From Eledone cirrhosa (Eukaryota), in the NCBI GenBank assembly GCA_964016885.1, contig OZ024748.1, positions 1,054,001 through 1,118,000 of the forward strand: a stretch of DNA of 64,000 nt. Direction: 5' to 3'. The translations under genes were made by a program, and so were the position numbers. A model generated the notes under the pieces. It worked only from the letters and a program-made list of their open reading frames with translations. It did no database searches and was not told where the DNA came from. Numbering within the stretch: position 1 is the stretch's first letter; every line of letters begins with the position of its first letter. Positions 27,961-42,030 of the stretch are shown here, piece by piece.

Positions 27961-28094
27961 ATTGTTTCTGATGAGACAGTGGGACGGATTTATAGTATCG
28001 GGACTAATAATATGGAGTTATATAACTATTATCGATTAGTCACTATATCGATCTATCATGATCAATCAACTTTCTGAAATGATCGTAAAACAAT
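27961..28094 (+). ncRNA. Hammerhead motif with ~100-nt stem II region
   Basis: attgttt-CTGATGA(27968)...GAAA(28076)-TGATCG-TA-aaacaat; perfect 7-bp stem I. Confidence 0.65.
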
Positions 28095-28110
28095 GAACTG
28101 ATTAAGAAAT

Positions 28111-28310
28111 NNNNNNNNNNNNNNNNNNNNNNNNNNNNNNNNNNNNNNNNNNNNNNNNNNNNNNNNNNNNNNNNNNNNNNNNNNNNNNNNNNNNNNNNNN
28201 NNNNNNNNNNNNNNNNNNNNNNNNNNNNNNNNNNNNNNNNNNNNNNNNNNNNNNNNNNNNNNNNNNNNNNNNNNNNNNNNNNNNNNNNNNNNNNNNNNNN
28301 NNNNNNNNNN
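28111..28310. other. Assembly gap (200 N)
   Basis: Run of N. Confidence 1.
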
Positions 28311-28427
28311 AGACATAGGTAGAAAGACACACCCTCCCCCCTCCGCATCTCTCCCCCTCTCAACCTCTCTCTCGCTCACACATGCTTCCTATCTCCCTCC
28401 TTCCCTTTCTTTCACTCTTGCTTTCAA

Positions 28428-28490
<63 letters not shown>

Positions 28491-28517
28491 GTGTGTGTGT
28501 TTTTCTATATATATACC

Positions 28518-28551
<34 letters not shown>

Positions 28552-28644
28552 TATCCCGGTATATATATAGTAAAACACACACACACACATATATATGTGC
28601 GTGCATGTGATTGAGTGTGCGTACATATATATGTATAGGTATGC

Positions 28645-28693
<49 letters not shown>

Positions 28694-29950
28694 ACTACCG
28701 CTTGACCGTTGTGCCTTGTCCAGCCAAAACGCTCACCAAAATGGAGCGCGCGCTCTTCCAATTCCTTTGGAAGAAACGGGCTCCTTTGGTGAGAAGATCC
28801 ATCTGCTGCCAACATCCTTCAAACGGAGGGCTGGGGCTGCCCTGGCTGACGATGCGCAAACACGCGCTCAGGCTGCGACACCTCCACGTATTCCTCACCA
28901 GACAACCGGTGTGGGCCCCGTTCGTGAGGCGAGCCTTCCCACGACTCGTCTCGCTGACTGAGCTGCAGTCCTGGGTCAAGCAAAGACCGAGGAAAATGGG
29001 CGACTGGCACAGCGAATGTGCTAAGGCGCTCACAGTCCTCTGGCAAACGGACCCGGCGATCAGTGGAGACTCCACTTCGACATTCTATAGAGGGTTGGTC
29101 CGCAGCAAGTGCGACGACACGCTCGGAGAAACTCTATGCGTAGAGGAGGATGAACTGGCCAGTCTGTTCGGTAGGACCTTCCGCCCGGGACCAATGGACA
29201 ACTTCCAAAAGTCCCTGGCCTAGCAGTGCTACCGAGGAGCTCTACCAGTTCGAGACAAGCTCTACAGACACGGGGCGCCCGGGTTTCGAAAAAGATCTGT
29301 CCGAGATGCGTGCGCGACGAGGAAACCGTCGCACACGCATTTGTACACTGCCCGGGCGTTATCGACCTGTGGGGCTATGTAGAACGAATATTGTCGCGGG
29401 TGGGATCAATCCAGTTGACCACCGAGTCCATTGTCATGATCAAACCGCCACCCCTCCTTCAAAAACGAGGGAGAGGCGGTTTTTCCTATGTGTTATGGCT
29501 ATGGTGAAAAAGGTTATATGGTGGACGAGGTTAAAAGGGCTGAGGTCAGACACCTTTCTCTCCGGCGAGCAACTGATTCGTTTTTTAAAATATCATTTTG
29601 GAAGAAGAATCAGGATGGAGAGAGAGGTGCTGTACCCCAGCAAATTTTATAAAAGGTGGGTGAATGTGGCAAAGATGGCCAGAGTGGTTGGGCCTTCTCT
29701 CTATATAAGCCTGTAGGTTGAGGAAAAAGAGGAAGAGAGGAAGGGAGTACTCACTCTTGGTGCTCCTGGAGATGAGGGTTGTACATTTTTTCGGGGTGTG
29801 TACAACCCTTGTGTAACACCTCCCCCCTATTGGGGATTTCAATTGTTATTTGTTATTGTATTAATAGTTTTATTTTCATATACCTGTATGTAAACTCCCC
29901 ATTTGTATTTGTCCCCTTCTTTTGTGCCCTTGTGGCTAATAAAGAAATTT
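28694..29950 (+). mobile_element. 5'-truncated Tx1/L1-clade LINE inside (TCTA)n
   Basis: LFQFLW...P..GGLGLP and CYRGALPV...CPRC..EET..H.F..C (zf-RVT type); contains a stop and frameshifts; ends aataaagaaat then (TCTA)n. Confidence 0.85.
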
Positions 29951-29965
29951 GTCTATCTATCTATC

Positions 29966-30348
29966 AACAACTCATTCCCTTCTTTAGATACCACTTTAGA
30001 AGGAGAATCAGAGTAGAGAGAGAGGCACCCCACCCCAGTAAATTTACTGAAAGGTGGGTGAATGAAGCGAAAATAACCCGAATGATTGGGCCTTCTTTGT
30101 ATATAAGCCTGTAGGTTGAAGAAGAGAGCAAAAGGAAGAAAGGAGCACGCACTTGCACAACACGCTCCTGAAGTTGAGGGTTGTTCTATCGACGGGGTAT
30201 TAAACAACCCATTTGTGACGCCTATTGGGGATTTCGATTGTTGTAATGGTTTTATATTTTTTACACGACTCTATGTAAAATCCCCGGCATGTCTTTGTAT
30301 TGTCCCTTTTCTTGTGGGCCCTTGTGGCTAATAAAGAAATATATCTGT
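29966..30348 (+). mobile_element. Second Tx1 3' fragment, different subfamily, directly downstream
   Basis: QQLIPFFRYHFRRRIRVERE...GPSLYISL followed by a 3' UTR. Confidence 0.85.
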
Positions 30349-30550
30349 CTTTTGTTACGAAATCTGTTTCTTTATTTCGTCCTCGTCATTGTTGGTATTA
30401 TTGTTGTAGTAGTTGTTGTTGTTGTAGTTGGTATTATTGTTATAGTTGTTGTTGCTCTGCTAATTGTTGTTGTTGTTGTGGCTAACGTCGTTGTTATTGC
30501 TGTTATGTCTAACCCCTACAGGGAACACCCACTTGTTAACTACGGTACTT

Positions 30551-31125
30551 ACACACACATTACACACACATTACACACACATTACACACATCACACACAC
30601 ATTACACACACATTACACACACATTACACACATTACACACACATTACACACATTACACACACATTACACACATTACACACACATTACACACACATTACAC
30701 ACATCACACACACATTACACACACATTACACACATTACACACACATTACACACATCACACACACATTACACACACATTACACACATTACACACATTACAC
30801 ACACATTACACACATTACACACATTACACACACATTACACACACATTACACACATCACACACACATCACACACACATTACACACATTACACACATTACAC
30901 ACACATTACACACATTACACACACATTACACACATCACACACACATCACACACACATTACACACACATTACACACATTACACACATTACACACATTACAC
31001 ACACATTACACACATTACACACATTACACACACATTACACACATTACACACACATTACACACATCACACACACATCACACACACATTACACACACATTAC
31101 ACACACATTACACACACATTACACT
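30551..31125. repeat. (CACACATTA)n-type minisatellite
   Basis: Direct reading. Confidence 0.9.
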
Positions 31126-31197
31126 CACTCACACACCTACATACACAGATATATTGCTACACAAAAAAAAAGAAAATGTGCGTACACAAGTTTACAC

Positions 31198-31235
<38 letters not shown>

Positions 31236-31304
31236 CTAATTTAGTCCAGAAATAGCCGTCGAAACGGCTTGAGCTCTGCCGTCGGGGTCATACTTTTTCC
31301 TATA

Positions 31305-31357
<53 letters not shown>

Positions 31358-31797
31358 TAATAATGATAATGGTTTCTGATTTAGGCACAAGGCCAGCAAT
31401 TTGAAGAGGAGGGGAAAGGCGGTTACATCGACGCCAGTACATTACTGGTACTTTATTTTATCGACCCCGTGAGGATGAAAGGTAAAGTTATCCCGTTGTT
31501 TACAATTTTTCCAACAAATTCATATATAAATATATACATATGTGTGTGTGTGTGTGTGTGTGTGCGTGTGTTTGACTGAGCATGTGTGAATGAGCATGGC
31601 TTAGTTGTTAGTGTGTTCGGCCCACAATAGTGATGTCGTGAGTTCGATTCACGGTGGTGCATTGAGTCCTTGAGCAAGACACTTTATTTCACGAGCAGGT
31701 GGTTCTATTTTTCGTACAGCTGGAACACTTGTTATTACATATATATATGTGTGTGTGTGTGTATGTGTGTGTGTGTATGTATATATATATGTATATA

Positions 31798-31840
<43 letters not shown>

Positions 31841-31915
31841 GAGGTGTTCGGAATAAATTTGATAGTGTCTGATTTTTTAATTTTTATTTCTTAGATATGT
31901 CTTTGCATACGTGAG

Positions 31916-32020
<105 letters not shown>

Positions 32021-32151
32021 AATGGCGTGCTGCGTTGTTGAAAATGGGTTACATATGAATAAAATTAGTCCTTCATCAGTGATCTTCCAACCGTCATTGG
32101 TATTTCTTCGCATAATGCGAAGAAATACCAATGACGGTTGGAAGATCACTA

Positions 32152-32197
<46 letters not shown>

Positions 32198-32198
<1 letters not shown>

Positions 32199-33015
32199 GA
32201 GGTGTTCGGATTAAATTTAATAGTGTCTGATATACCCTTGCATCTGTGAGAAGTTGAATGACATTGTGAAACCTAATCACTTCAGTTATAAAAATGTCAA
32301 AGTTACTTGGAATGGACAAGTGGAAACTACCTGAATATTTGAAAGGGGTACCTGTATCATGATGATTCGTGCCGGGTATCAACATTCTTCAATCATGACA
32401 GCTTTGAACCAAATGTGAAACAAATAAGACGTGAAATGAAGAGCTGAAGAGGTCGTGGCTTGTAGGAAAGAAGACAGCAGACGTTCTGATTGCCTCCATA
32501 CACCAGCAACTGCAGGAGAAAGTGATGGAACACCCAGTTATCCAACAACTGCAGGAGAAAGTGATAGAACACCCAGGTATGGGAAATCGAGCTTTAGCGC
32601 TGGAAATGGGTGTTGCAGCTTCCACCATGAAGCTGGCCTTGAATGAGGACCTCCGCTACTCATTCAAGAGCCGTAAAGGCCAACTTCTTACAGAAAAGGC
32701 CAAGAAAACCGTCTGACAAGGGCAAAGATGCTCCTGAGCTAAGTAAAACATCCTGTTGAACCAGGGACAATCTGGTTCTTCTCTGATGAAATGAATTTTT
32801 GTCAGGACCAGGTGCACAACACCCAGAATAACAGATGGCTTTCCTACAATCCATATGACGTTTTTCGTGACCCTGATGACCAAGTTTCCCCAAACTGTAG
32901 TGGCTTTGGGATGTGTCTCCAGTGAGGGGGATGTCATGCCGCCTCACATCTTTCAACAGGGTCTCAGGCTCCATTCGAATGGCTATGTGGAGTTGCTGAT
33001 TAACGTGGTGCATGT
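32198..33015 (+). pseudogene. Decayed Tc1/mariner (maT/DD37D-like) transposon, 5' part
   Basis: TA-cgaggtgttcgg terminus (also at 31840); RALALEMGV...EDLRY...QLLT...WFFSDE.NF...NTQNNRW...KFPQTV...GCVSSEG with stops and frameshifts. Confidence 0.75.
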
Positions 33016-33017
33016 GA

Positions 33018-33091
<74 letters not shown>

Positions 33092-33317
33092 CAAAGGAAT
33101 TGTGGTAAGGAATCAGATGGACCATAACGCACCAGAGTACTCAATACTTAGGGTAGTAGAGTGGGAAATAGGAAAAAGTATGACCCCGACGGGGTCATAC
33201 TTTTTCCTATATGTATATATATATATATATATATACATATTTAATTGGTGTTGGATGCTTAAAGCGTCCGTATGCGCTAGGCCGTATGAGCACTCAATGC
33301 CCTCGTAGAGCAGAGTA

Positions 33318-33800
33318 TGACATCACAGAAAAAAGAGAATCAGTGTTGCGACGAAAGGAATTTATTGGACATATTACAAATGTTTCTCGGACGACCAGGT
33401 CGAGGCATGATCGATATGGTGATCACACCTGACTCTGAAATCAACACAGTCGTCAGATACTTCTTGCTTCCTCTCGTTCTCCACATGTCATGTGGAGAAC
33501 GAGAGGAAGCAAGAAGTGGGCAACCATGAGTGGCTAGAAATACCGATGACGTGTACAATTCTTGACCACTCATAGAATGACAACAACAGGATCTAAATCA
33601 ATAAACGAAGAAATTCGATGTTAAAGGACTATAGGAAAATCTGCTTCGTAGAATCGAGACGTATCTGACGACTGTGTTGATTTCAGAGTCAGGTATGATC
33701 ACCATATCGATCATGCTTCGAGCTGGTCGCCCGAGAAACATTTGTAATATGTCCAATAAATTCCTTTCGTCGCAACACTGATTCTCTTTTTCTGTGATAT
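33318..33800. mobile_element. Inverted pair of Penelope-type ends with hammerhead (CTGACGA 33665, GAAA 33735, GTA 33744)
   Basis: 33318-33460 is the diverged reverse complement of 33660-33800; stem I gacgtat/atatgtc; AATAAA follows. Confidence 0.75.
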
Positions 33801-33864
33801 ATATATATATATATATATATACATCTCAGATGTGAGAAAAACCACAGACCCTCCATCTCAACTC

Positions 33865-33905
33865 TACTTTTGAAAAGCAGAAGAACTGCGAAACCGGTAA
33901 AGGAA
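33865..33905 (+). ncRNA. Minimal hammerhead with U3:A8 core (UUGAAAA)
   Basis: ctt-TTGAAAA-GCAG aagaa CTGC-GAAA-CCGG-TA-aag; copy on the minus strand at 61205-61245. Confidence 0.65.
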
Positions 33906-33960
33906 CCAAATATATATATATTTTTAAATAAGACTCCAGTTGCATTTTCGATTTCATCTT

Positions 33961-34015
<55 letters not shown>

Positions 34016-34089
34016 TAAAATAACAGATTAAAGTTTAAGCAAAGAATCGCTGCTTTCACCCTTAACGGGATCTTCTGTTTTATTATTAT

Positions 34090-34144
<55 letters not shown>

Positions 34145-34437
34145 TGGGTGAAAGGATACGTACACTTGAAAGAAAAATTTAAGTCTGAATGTTAATTAAG
34201 TGCAAACACAAAACCAACCCCGCATATCTTTACTATCTCTAATCCTTCTATAGATTTAGAAAAATAACCAATAATATATTCTATAAAAAATGTCAAAACA
34301 ACAGATGGGAATCTAATTACTCACTGCCACCAAGAATTCTCACTGCTATCGAAAAACCACTCCTTCAACTATTCTTCTAACAACTTCACCCCTCCCTCCT
34401 AATATTCTCTATAAAAACTAAATAGGTCCTCAGTAAT

Positions 34438-34486
34438 ATTATTCTGATGAAATGACAGTAAATAATAACATTGAAATATTGAATGT
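34438..34486 (+). ncRNA. Degenerate minimal hammerhead
   Basis: att-CTGATGA-AATG/CATT-GAAA-TATTG-aat. Confidence 0.45.
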
Positions 34487-35112
34487 CTGCATAACTAAAA
34501 GTTTGTAGATAGCAGCTGTTTTAGGTTATGTAACTGTTATAGAAACACGTGTCAATAAATTCCTTTCAACTAAACTGTATCCATTCAAATCTTTCTATAT
34601 ATATATATATATATATATACATTACATATATACATATACCCATACATGCACACGCATACACACACATGTATATATATATATACATGTGTGTGTGTGTGTG
34701 TGAGTTTGTATGTATATCTCCCCCTTTATATATACGTGGAATAATGGCTATAATGTAGACGAAGGGACAGCTGCCAAACATCAGATATAAACAACACGAC
34801 AGGTAACCCAAACAAATGTTTGATATAGTTACTATAGAAACTATATAGCGTTTGAAGGAACGTTGAGTACTTTTACCACTTGTTGAATATTAGGAGATAT
34901 ACATCCTCATATACACACACATACATACACACATACACGTACATATACGCACACATACACACACACATACACACATACACACACACATACATACACACAT
35001 ACACGTACATATACGCACACATACACACACACATACACACACACATACATACACACAGACACGTACATATACGCACACATACATATACCCACACTCATAC
35101 ACACACACACAT

Positions 35113-35148
<36 letters not shown>

Positions 35149-35193
35149 TTATATATATATATATATACACACACACACATTATATATATATTA

Positions 35194-35380
35194 GCTGGAT
35201 TGGCAGTATCGATAGATGGTCGGACGCCATGCTTTGAAGCATAGAGTTACCTCCCTGTATGATCTGAGTTCAAATCCTGCCGAGGTTAACTTTGCCTTTC
35301 ATCCTTACGGGGTCGATAAAATAAAGTACCAGTAATACACTGAGATAATTGCTGGCCTTGTGCCAAAAGTAGAAACAATT
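35194..35380 (+). mobile_element. SINE family A
   Basis: Full-length copy; others at 7646-7745, 31370-31490, 37270-37405 and 41135-41260 (all minus strand). Confidence 0.85.
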
Positions 35381-35449
35381 ATATATTAGCTATAACAGTA
35401 ACACAGCGTGGTTCAGAAGAATCAACGGTTGGTGGGTTCCACATATAAC

Positions 35450-35517
<68 letters not shown>

Positions 35518-35611
35518 GGCTCATACATACACACACACACATATATATATACATACATACTTTATATATATATATACACACACATACATATATATATATA
35601 TATAGGCGCAT

Positions 35612-35672
<61 letters not shown>

Positions 35673-36122
35673 TAAGCGAGGGGAGAGATAGGTGTAGAAA
35701 AAAGGGACCCTGTTTGAGAGAGAGGGGAACTATTTGATGAGGGTCCCGATAAATCCACCCCAGTATGTGACTTTGAATTCATGTATGTTTACATTTTTTC
35801 GCCGACGTATATCGGTAAAGTATGTAAACATTGCTTTTTATTCGGAGTGGTAGTGGAAGTAAAAAATATAGCTACTACGAGCGACGTACCTTGATACAAT
35901 CCTGCTACATAGAATTAAACACATTCCCTTCTTCTTCTTAGTCTGTCAGAACTACAGTCTATTGGAACAGGGATTGGCTAGATTGAAATTTGTAACTTAC
36001 GACGCTATTGTTCACCTCTTGTCCTATAAATTATGTTAAATAAATAGATATATAAATACATACATACATACACACATACATATGTACATATACACAGACA
36101 TACACACATGCATGCATACATA

Positions 36123-36736
36123 CATGGTGGCTGCCAACTCGTTTTCGAGTACGGCCACTACTTTATATCCATGTAGGAGAATCCCTACCGATGCGCTGAA
36201 CGAGTGTGACTTTTTAGTCCAGCCAGCGACTTGAAAACTCTGGTACAAACACTACACTTGTGACAATTATTGACACATAGTGCTGGGCCCATGGTACCAT
36301 GTGACGACAAGTGCAGAGAGATCTCCAGATATAAAGCAATGCCTGTGCCGTGAAGCTTTTATAATGAACAAAGGCACTGCACAAAGCCAGTCCCACTCTC
36401 TTAACCAAGATGATATTTACCAAAAAGAAGAACAAGTCAACATCATTGGATACCATCAGGGCTGCAGGTGTTATATCAGAGTTTTCCTTCTCCTAGAATT
36501 CTGCCTTGACAAAGGCTAAGGGGTCATCTCTCCCGGTGATTTTGGATGGCCATTGACTCTTAAGAGTTCCTTTGCCCTTTGACAGGTTTTGTTTTTAGTC
36601 CTGCAGGATGTCCAAAGTCACCCTCCTCACTAAGAAACCTTGGTGGGGTTGCCAGTTTAGTCGCCAACGACCCGACCATGAGACAGGTTGTACTGGGATA
36701 CATGTTACCAGTAGCACCAACTGGTGACCTGACCAT
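36123..36736 (-). mobile_element. Non-coding retroelement with RTE-like 5' UTR
   Basis: Minus strand has TTAGCCTTTGTCAAGGCAGAATTCTAGGAGAAGGAAAACTCTGA, resembling RTE-clade 5' UTRs as I recall them; bounded by CATA/CCAT repeats. Confidence 0.5.
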
Positions 36737-36992
36737 CCATCCATCCATACATACATACATACATTTATATAAACGTACATATACATACATACCTACATAA
36801 TACACATATGTATACAAACGTTCATATACATATTTATATTCATACCTACATAACATACATACATACGTATGTACGTACACACAAACGTACACACACCTAC
36901 ATACATAGATACATACATAGATACATACAAACACGTACACAAACCTACATAGATACATACATACATGCATACAAACCTACACACACATACAG

Positions 36993-37041
<49 letters not shown>

Positions 37042-37570
37042 ACACACACACACTACAAAAACTCAATGAAATATGTGAGAACACGTAAGCTGCTGAGAGT
37101 CACTGGAGATATTACCATGAATGGGGAAGGTAGGTTATATTTCCCACGCAAGGAGGGTGCATGAGGTCTATAACTTCGTACCAAACCCGGATATTGAAGT
37201 AAAACGTTGAACGGGAGAAAGAGGTCAACAACCATCAGGTCGAGGTTTATTAGCCTGAAAATAATAATTACCTCAGTGTATTACTGGTACTTTAGTTTAT
37301 CGACCCCGTAAGGATGAAAGGCAAAGTTAAACTCGGCGGGAATCGAACTCAGAACATAAAGGGCAATAACTCTATGCTGCAAAGCATGGTGTCTGACGCT
37401 CTATGTTTTGCAGGATAGCCATTGAAATTGAAGACGGATATGATAGAAAAGATAAATTTAAAAGAAATAAATTTTTTTAAAAAGCTGACGCAGTTCTCTC
37501 CCCCGATACATTGGAACTCTCTCCTCGATGTTCGAGAAGATTAAAAAATAAAAATAGACCAAGTTTACCA

Positions 37571-37850
37571 AGAAGGTTTTACGCTGACTTTAGAGGGGAT
37601 AAACCATACTAAAGGCCTCGCATAGGGTTCTGACAAGTTGATGATATTCCACCCTGAATGATACTGCCATGCAATCCAGGTACAAGAAATCTTCACCTGA
37701 ACTCTTTCACAGAGAAGGTTTTACGCGGACCATAGAGTGAGTAAACCACACTAAAGGCCTGGCATGGGGTCCTGACAAGTTCATGACATTTCACTCTGAA
37801 TGATGCCTCAATGTAATCCAGGAACAATAAGTCTCCACCTGAACTCTTTC
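37571..37850. repeat. Diverged tandem duplication, period ~142 bp
   Basis: agaaggttttacgc...ctaaaggcct...ctgacaagtt...cacctgaactctttc occurs twice. Confidence 0.85.
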
Positions 37851-39459
37851 AAGTCTTAAGTCAATAAATTCCTTTCGTTTTAAATTCTTTTTCTCCACAA
37901 CTCCTTACATTAAGTGACGTCACACTTTGGGGATTTCAAAAATAAATAAATAAAATCTCCCTACAACATAAATGAGGAATATCAGCTGACTACACTTTCA
38001 ACTTATAGTACTAACCATTATATTGTGGTACATATATACGACTTGATATAATGTACCACCCCATAGTGTCACGATATAAAGAGATGGAGGCGATGACAGT
38101 GGGAGTTCGGCTCTTCCACAGACCATATCCTTGTGGTTGTGTTCATTATCTATAGAGTTCATTCTATTATTCAGTTGTTATCGAAATCCCTACCTTATCT
38201 TTTGAATCTCCACTTGTGTGGGAAATGAAGTAGCAGTCATGTACTGGGGTCGTTGCAATTGACTTTTCCCTCCTCATAAATTTACAACCTTCAAAATTTC
38301 TTCTCTCTCCTAACAACAATTTCATGTATTTACCTAGCTAGGGAATCTGAGCCAGCTAGTTTAGTAGATTAGTTTAACTTAGTTTGGTCCCCATGAACCA
38401 CAGAGAGGGGGAGAGTTTGGTGGTAATTTATATAGAGAGGGGGATGGAAGAGAGTTCCGTGTAGTAGATATAGAGAGGGAGATTGGGAGAGATAAGTGTA
38501 GAAATTTATAGAGTGAGAGAATATATTAGTCTTAGATATAGAGAGTGGGATAAGAAAGGCGGTGTCATGGTAGATATAGAGAGGGGGAGAGTTTGGTTGT
38601 AGTAGATACAGAGAGGGGGATTAAAAGAGAGTAGATAGAGAGAGGAGGAGAGTTTGGTGGCACTCTCGGGTCCCAAATAATAGGAGGGGTGGCAATAATG
38701 GGGTGGGGGCTTGGGAAACCAGTAATGGTATAGGGTACGTTTGTAAATATGGAATTTCTTGCAATGTTCTTCTTTTGTCATATGTAATGTGTTTTTTTAA
38801 TGTAAAATAAAATTATTAGATTCTCCAGCTGCTGTATCAATACGAATCACTTACAATAATATTTCGCCAGAGATGGATTAGCAAAATTTAATAAATGGGT
38901 GGGGTGTGGGGTGGAATAAAAACCGGGGTGGGGGACTTACAAATTAATAAGCGTTGGGTGGAGACTATTATTCAAGACCTGAGAGTACGAGAATTATTGA
39001 CGGACGTAAGAATGGAAACTCAATACCGAAGTAGGGTTTAAATATTCATTTATTATGGCTAAACCTTGTTACTCTGGAGTCTCACCTGCGTACTCACGGG
39101 GTCATCAGACAAGACTGGTGATCCTGTGAGTACGCAGGTGAGACTTACCAAATGTGAAGAAGCTCGATATATAAACCCCTTAGGAAAGGGCACAGAGCAT
39201 AATTTTTTAAAATTATATATATACAGTGGCGGTGGAACTTGGGGTGGTGGAGGTGTGTCCCCCTCCAATAATTATATTTTCTCACCAAATTACCAAAACA
39301 CACATCTATTTAGATATGAGCTACAATTTATATACATGTTATATTTATCTCATATCGAGCTTTTCTCACCATTTTACAGTGGAAAGAACTAAACTAATCA
39401 CTACAACTAAATTGTCTAAATTTGACCCCCACCCTCATTCAGAAATGCTTCCACCACAC

Positions 39460-39497
<38 letters not shown>

Positions 39498-39552
39498 GTG
39501 TGGTGGAAGCATTTCTGAATATATATATATATATATATATACATATATATAC

Positions 39553-39611
<59 letters not shown>

Positions 39612-39684
39612 GGAAATATTAACGATATATATATATATGTATATATGTACATGTGTGTGCTCGCACGCGTGCGTGTGTGTGTAT

Positions 39685-39784
39685 ACAGGTAAAATTCAGT
39701 TATAACGTATACCATTATAACGAATTTTTCATTACAACGAATTTTTTTATGCTCCGTGAATTTCGTTATAACGGAATTTCACTG
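39685..39784. mobile_element. Small pogo/Tigger-type MITE
   Basis: caggtaaaattcagttataacg ... cgttataacggaatttcactg. Confidence 0.55.
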
Positions 39785-39819
39785 TGTGTATATATATGTG
39801 ATTGTGTATATATATACAC

Positions 39820-39886
<67 letters not shown>

Positions 39887-40580
39887 ACATAAACTTCAAT
39901 AGCAGCAATAACAACAAAACACAACTAACAACAACAACAACAGAAGCTGTGATTACATAGTAATGTGTCTCATTAACTGGCAGACATGGCTGAAAAGGTG
40001 TTAGAGAGGGAGAGTGTGTGTGTGTATGTGAGAGAGAGAGAGTAAGAGAGAGAGTGTGTGTGTGTATGTGAGAGAGAGAGAGTAAGAGAAAGTGTGTGTA
40101 TGTGTATGTGTGAGAGAGAGAGTAAGAGAGAGAGTGTGTGTGTATGTGTATGTGCGTGTACGTTTGGGTGAAAGAGAGAGAGAGATTTAATGTATGTGAA
40201 TGTGAGAGGGTGTGTGTGAGAAAGATAGAGGGGGTGAGAATGAGAGACAGAGAATGAAAGAGAGCGAAAAAAGAGTGTTTGAGTAAAAAGGAGAAAGCGT
40301 GTGTGTGCATGTGTGTGTGTGTGTGTGTGTGTATGTGTGTATGTGCGTGTGTGTGAACATGTGTTTGGATTAATGTGTGTATATTGAGTGCATGTGTGTG
40401 TGTGTGTATGAATGTGTGTACGTGTATGTATGTGTGTGTGCAAATGTATGTGTGTGTGTATATGTGTGCATATGTATGTGTGTATGCGTGTGTGTGTAAG
40501 TGTGTATGTAAGTGGGTATGTGTATATGTATGTGTGTGTATATGTGTGTGTATGTGTGTGTGTGTGTGTATGTGTGTGTG

Positions 40581-40611
<31 letters not shown>

Positions 40612-41684
40612 ATGTGTGTGTATCACAATACGTAAGGGGCTTTCCCTAATCGGGATAGTCACAGTCTCGGGAATCTCCGAGAGAAATATTACAAGGCGGA
40701 ACTAAACGACATTCTCAGGAAGGGGCGGGTTGGTGGGGGCCGGTGGGAAGGAAGGGAGCTGAGAGGATTGTATTAAGGGCCGGTGGGAAGGTGTGCGTTA
40801 GATATTTACAGACCTCCATGTTCCTCGACCCTCACCCGGGGCCCTCGTCTGATATGCCGGTACAACACCCCTCCACCACTCATCACCGCCTCTTGTACCT
40901 CTCTCATAGACACCCGACTGTAACCCAACAGATTATGGAAATCCAGCCCCCAACGCCAACCAACACAATGTTTGGGTGGGTCGAGGTCCGAGGACCGTGG
41001 GTAGGGGTTCGAATATAAAACAGAATCGGAAAAAAATAAGTGAAAACAAAACAACACAACTTTTGTGGGGGAGGGGTGGGAGGAGGGAGTGCGTCACAAA
41101 ACAGAAAATAAAATATATATTTCGTAAATATATTTCTACTTTTGGCACAAGGCCAGTAATTATCTCAGTGTATTACTGGTACTTTATTTTATCAATCCTT
41201 CGTAAGGATGAAAGGCAAAGCTTAACCTCGGCGAGATTTGAACTCAGAACATACAGAACGGAAATAAAGAGCACACGGCACTGTCTTCTACAGACAGTCT
41301 GTTTATTGTGGACACATGGCCAACAACAAATTGGGTGGAGGGGGGAGAGGGAAGGGGGGGGGGCAATGTCGTTTATATCGACCCCAGCACTTGACCGGTG
41401 TTCTAAGAAATAACATTTTAAAAACAAAGACTAAGAAGAAGAAAATAACAACAAAACTTAAACAAACAAAGAATACAAAAGTATATAAAAGTAGCAAAGA
41501 AAGACAAAATAAAACAATTAAATAAACAAAATCCAGTTTCGAGTTCATACCCTAGGAGGTCCGACTACACACCAACTGCCGAAAGGGATAGATCCTGTTT
41601 AGTTGACATCTCGTCATATTGCCACGTTATAAACTACCCTTCATTACACTCAAGCCGTCTCTCTCTCTCTCTCTCTCTCTCTCT

Positions 41685-41725
<41 letters not shown>

Positions 41726-41984
41726 TCTCTCTCTCTCTGTCTGTCTGTCTCTCTGTCTGTCCGTCTGTCTGTGTATCTATCTATCTGTCTGTCTGTCTGT
41801 CTGTCTTGCTATCTGTTTGTATTTGTATGTGTGTCATTGTCTGCCTGTCTGTATGTGTGTATGTGTTTGTGTGCATGTCTGTCTATCTATGTGTGTGTGT
41901 GAAAGAGAGAGAGAGAGAGAGAGAGAGGCAGAGATATAGAGAGAGGCAGAGATAGAGAGAAAGTATGTGTGTGTCAGAGAGTGA

Positions 41985-42030
<46 letters not shown>

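Noticed and set aside
35194-35290. tRNA genes from A/B-box-like motifs
   Set aside because: These are SINE heads; no complete cloverleaf is evident.
36001-36023. 23-bp candidate microexon (tttatag...gtaagt) on the minus strand
   Set aside because: It cannot be linked to any gene model, and chance occurrence is plausible.
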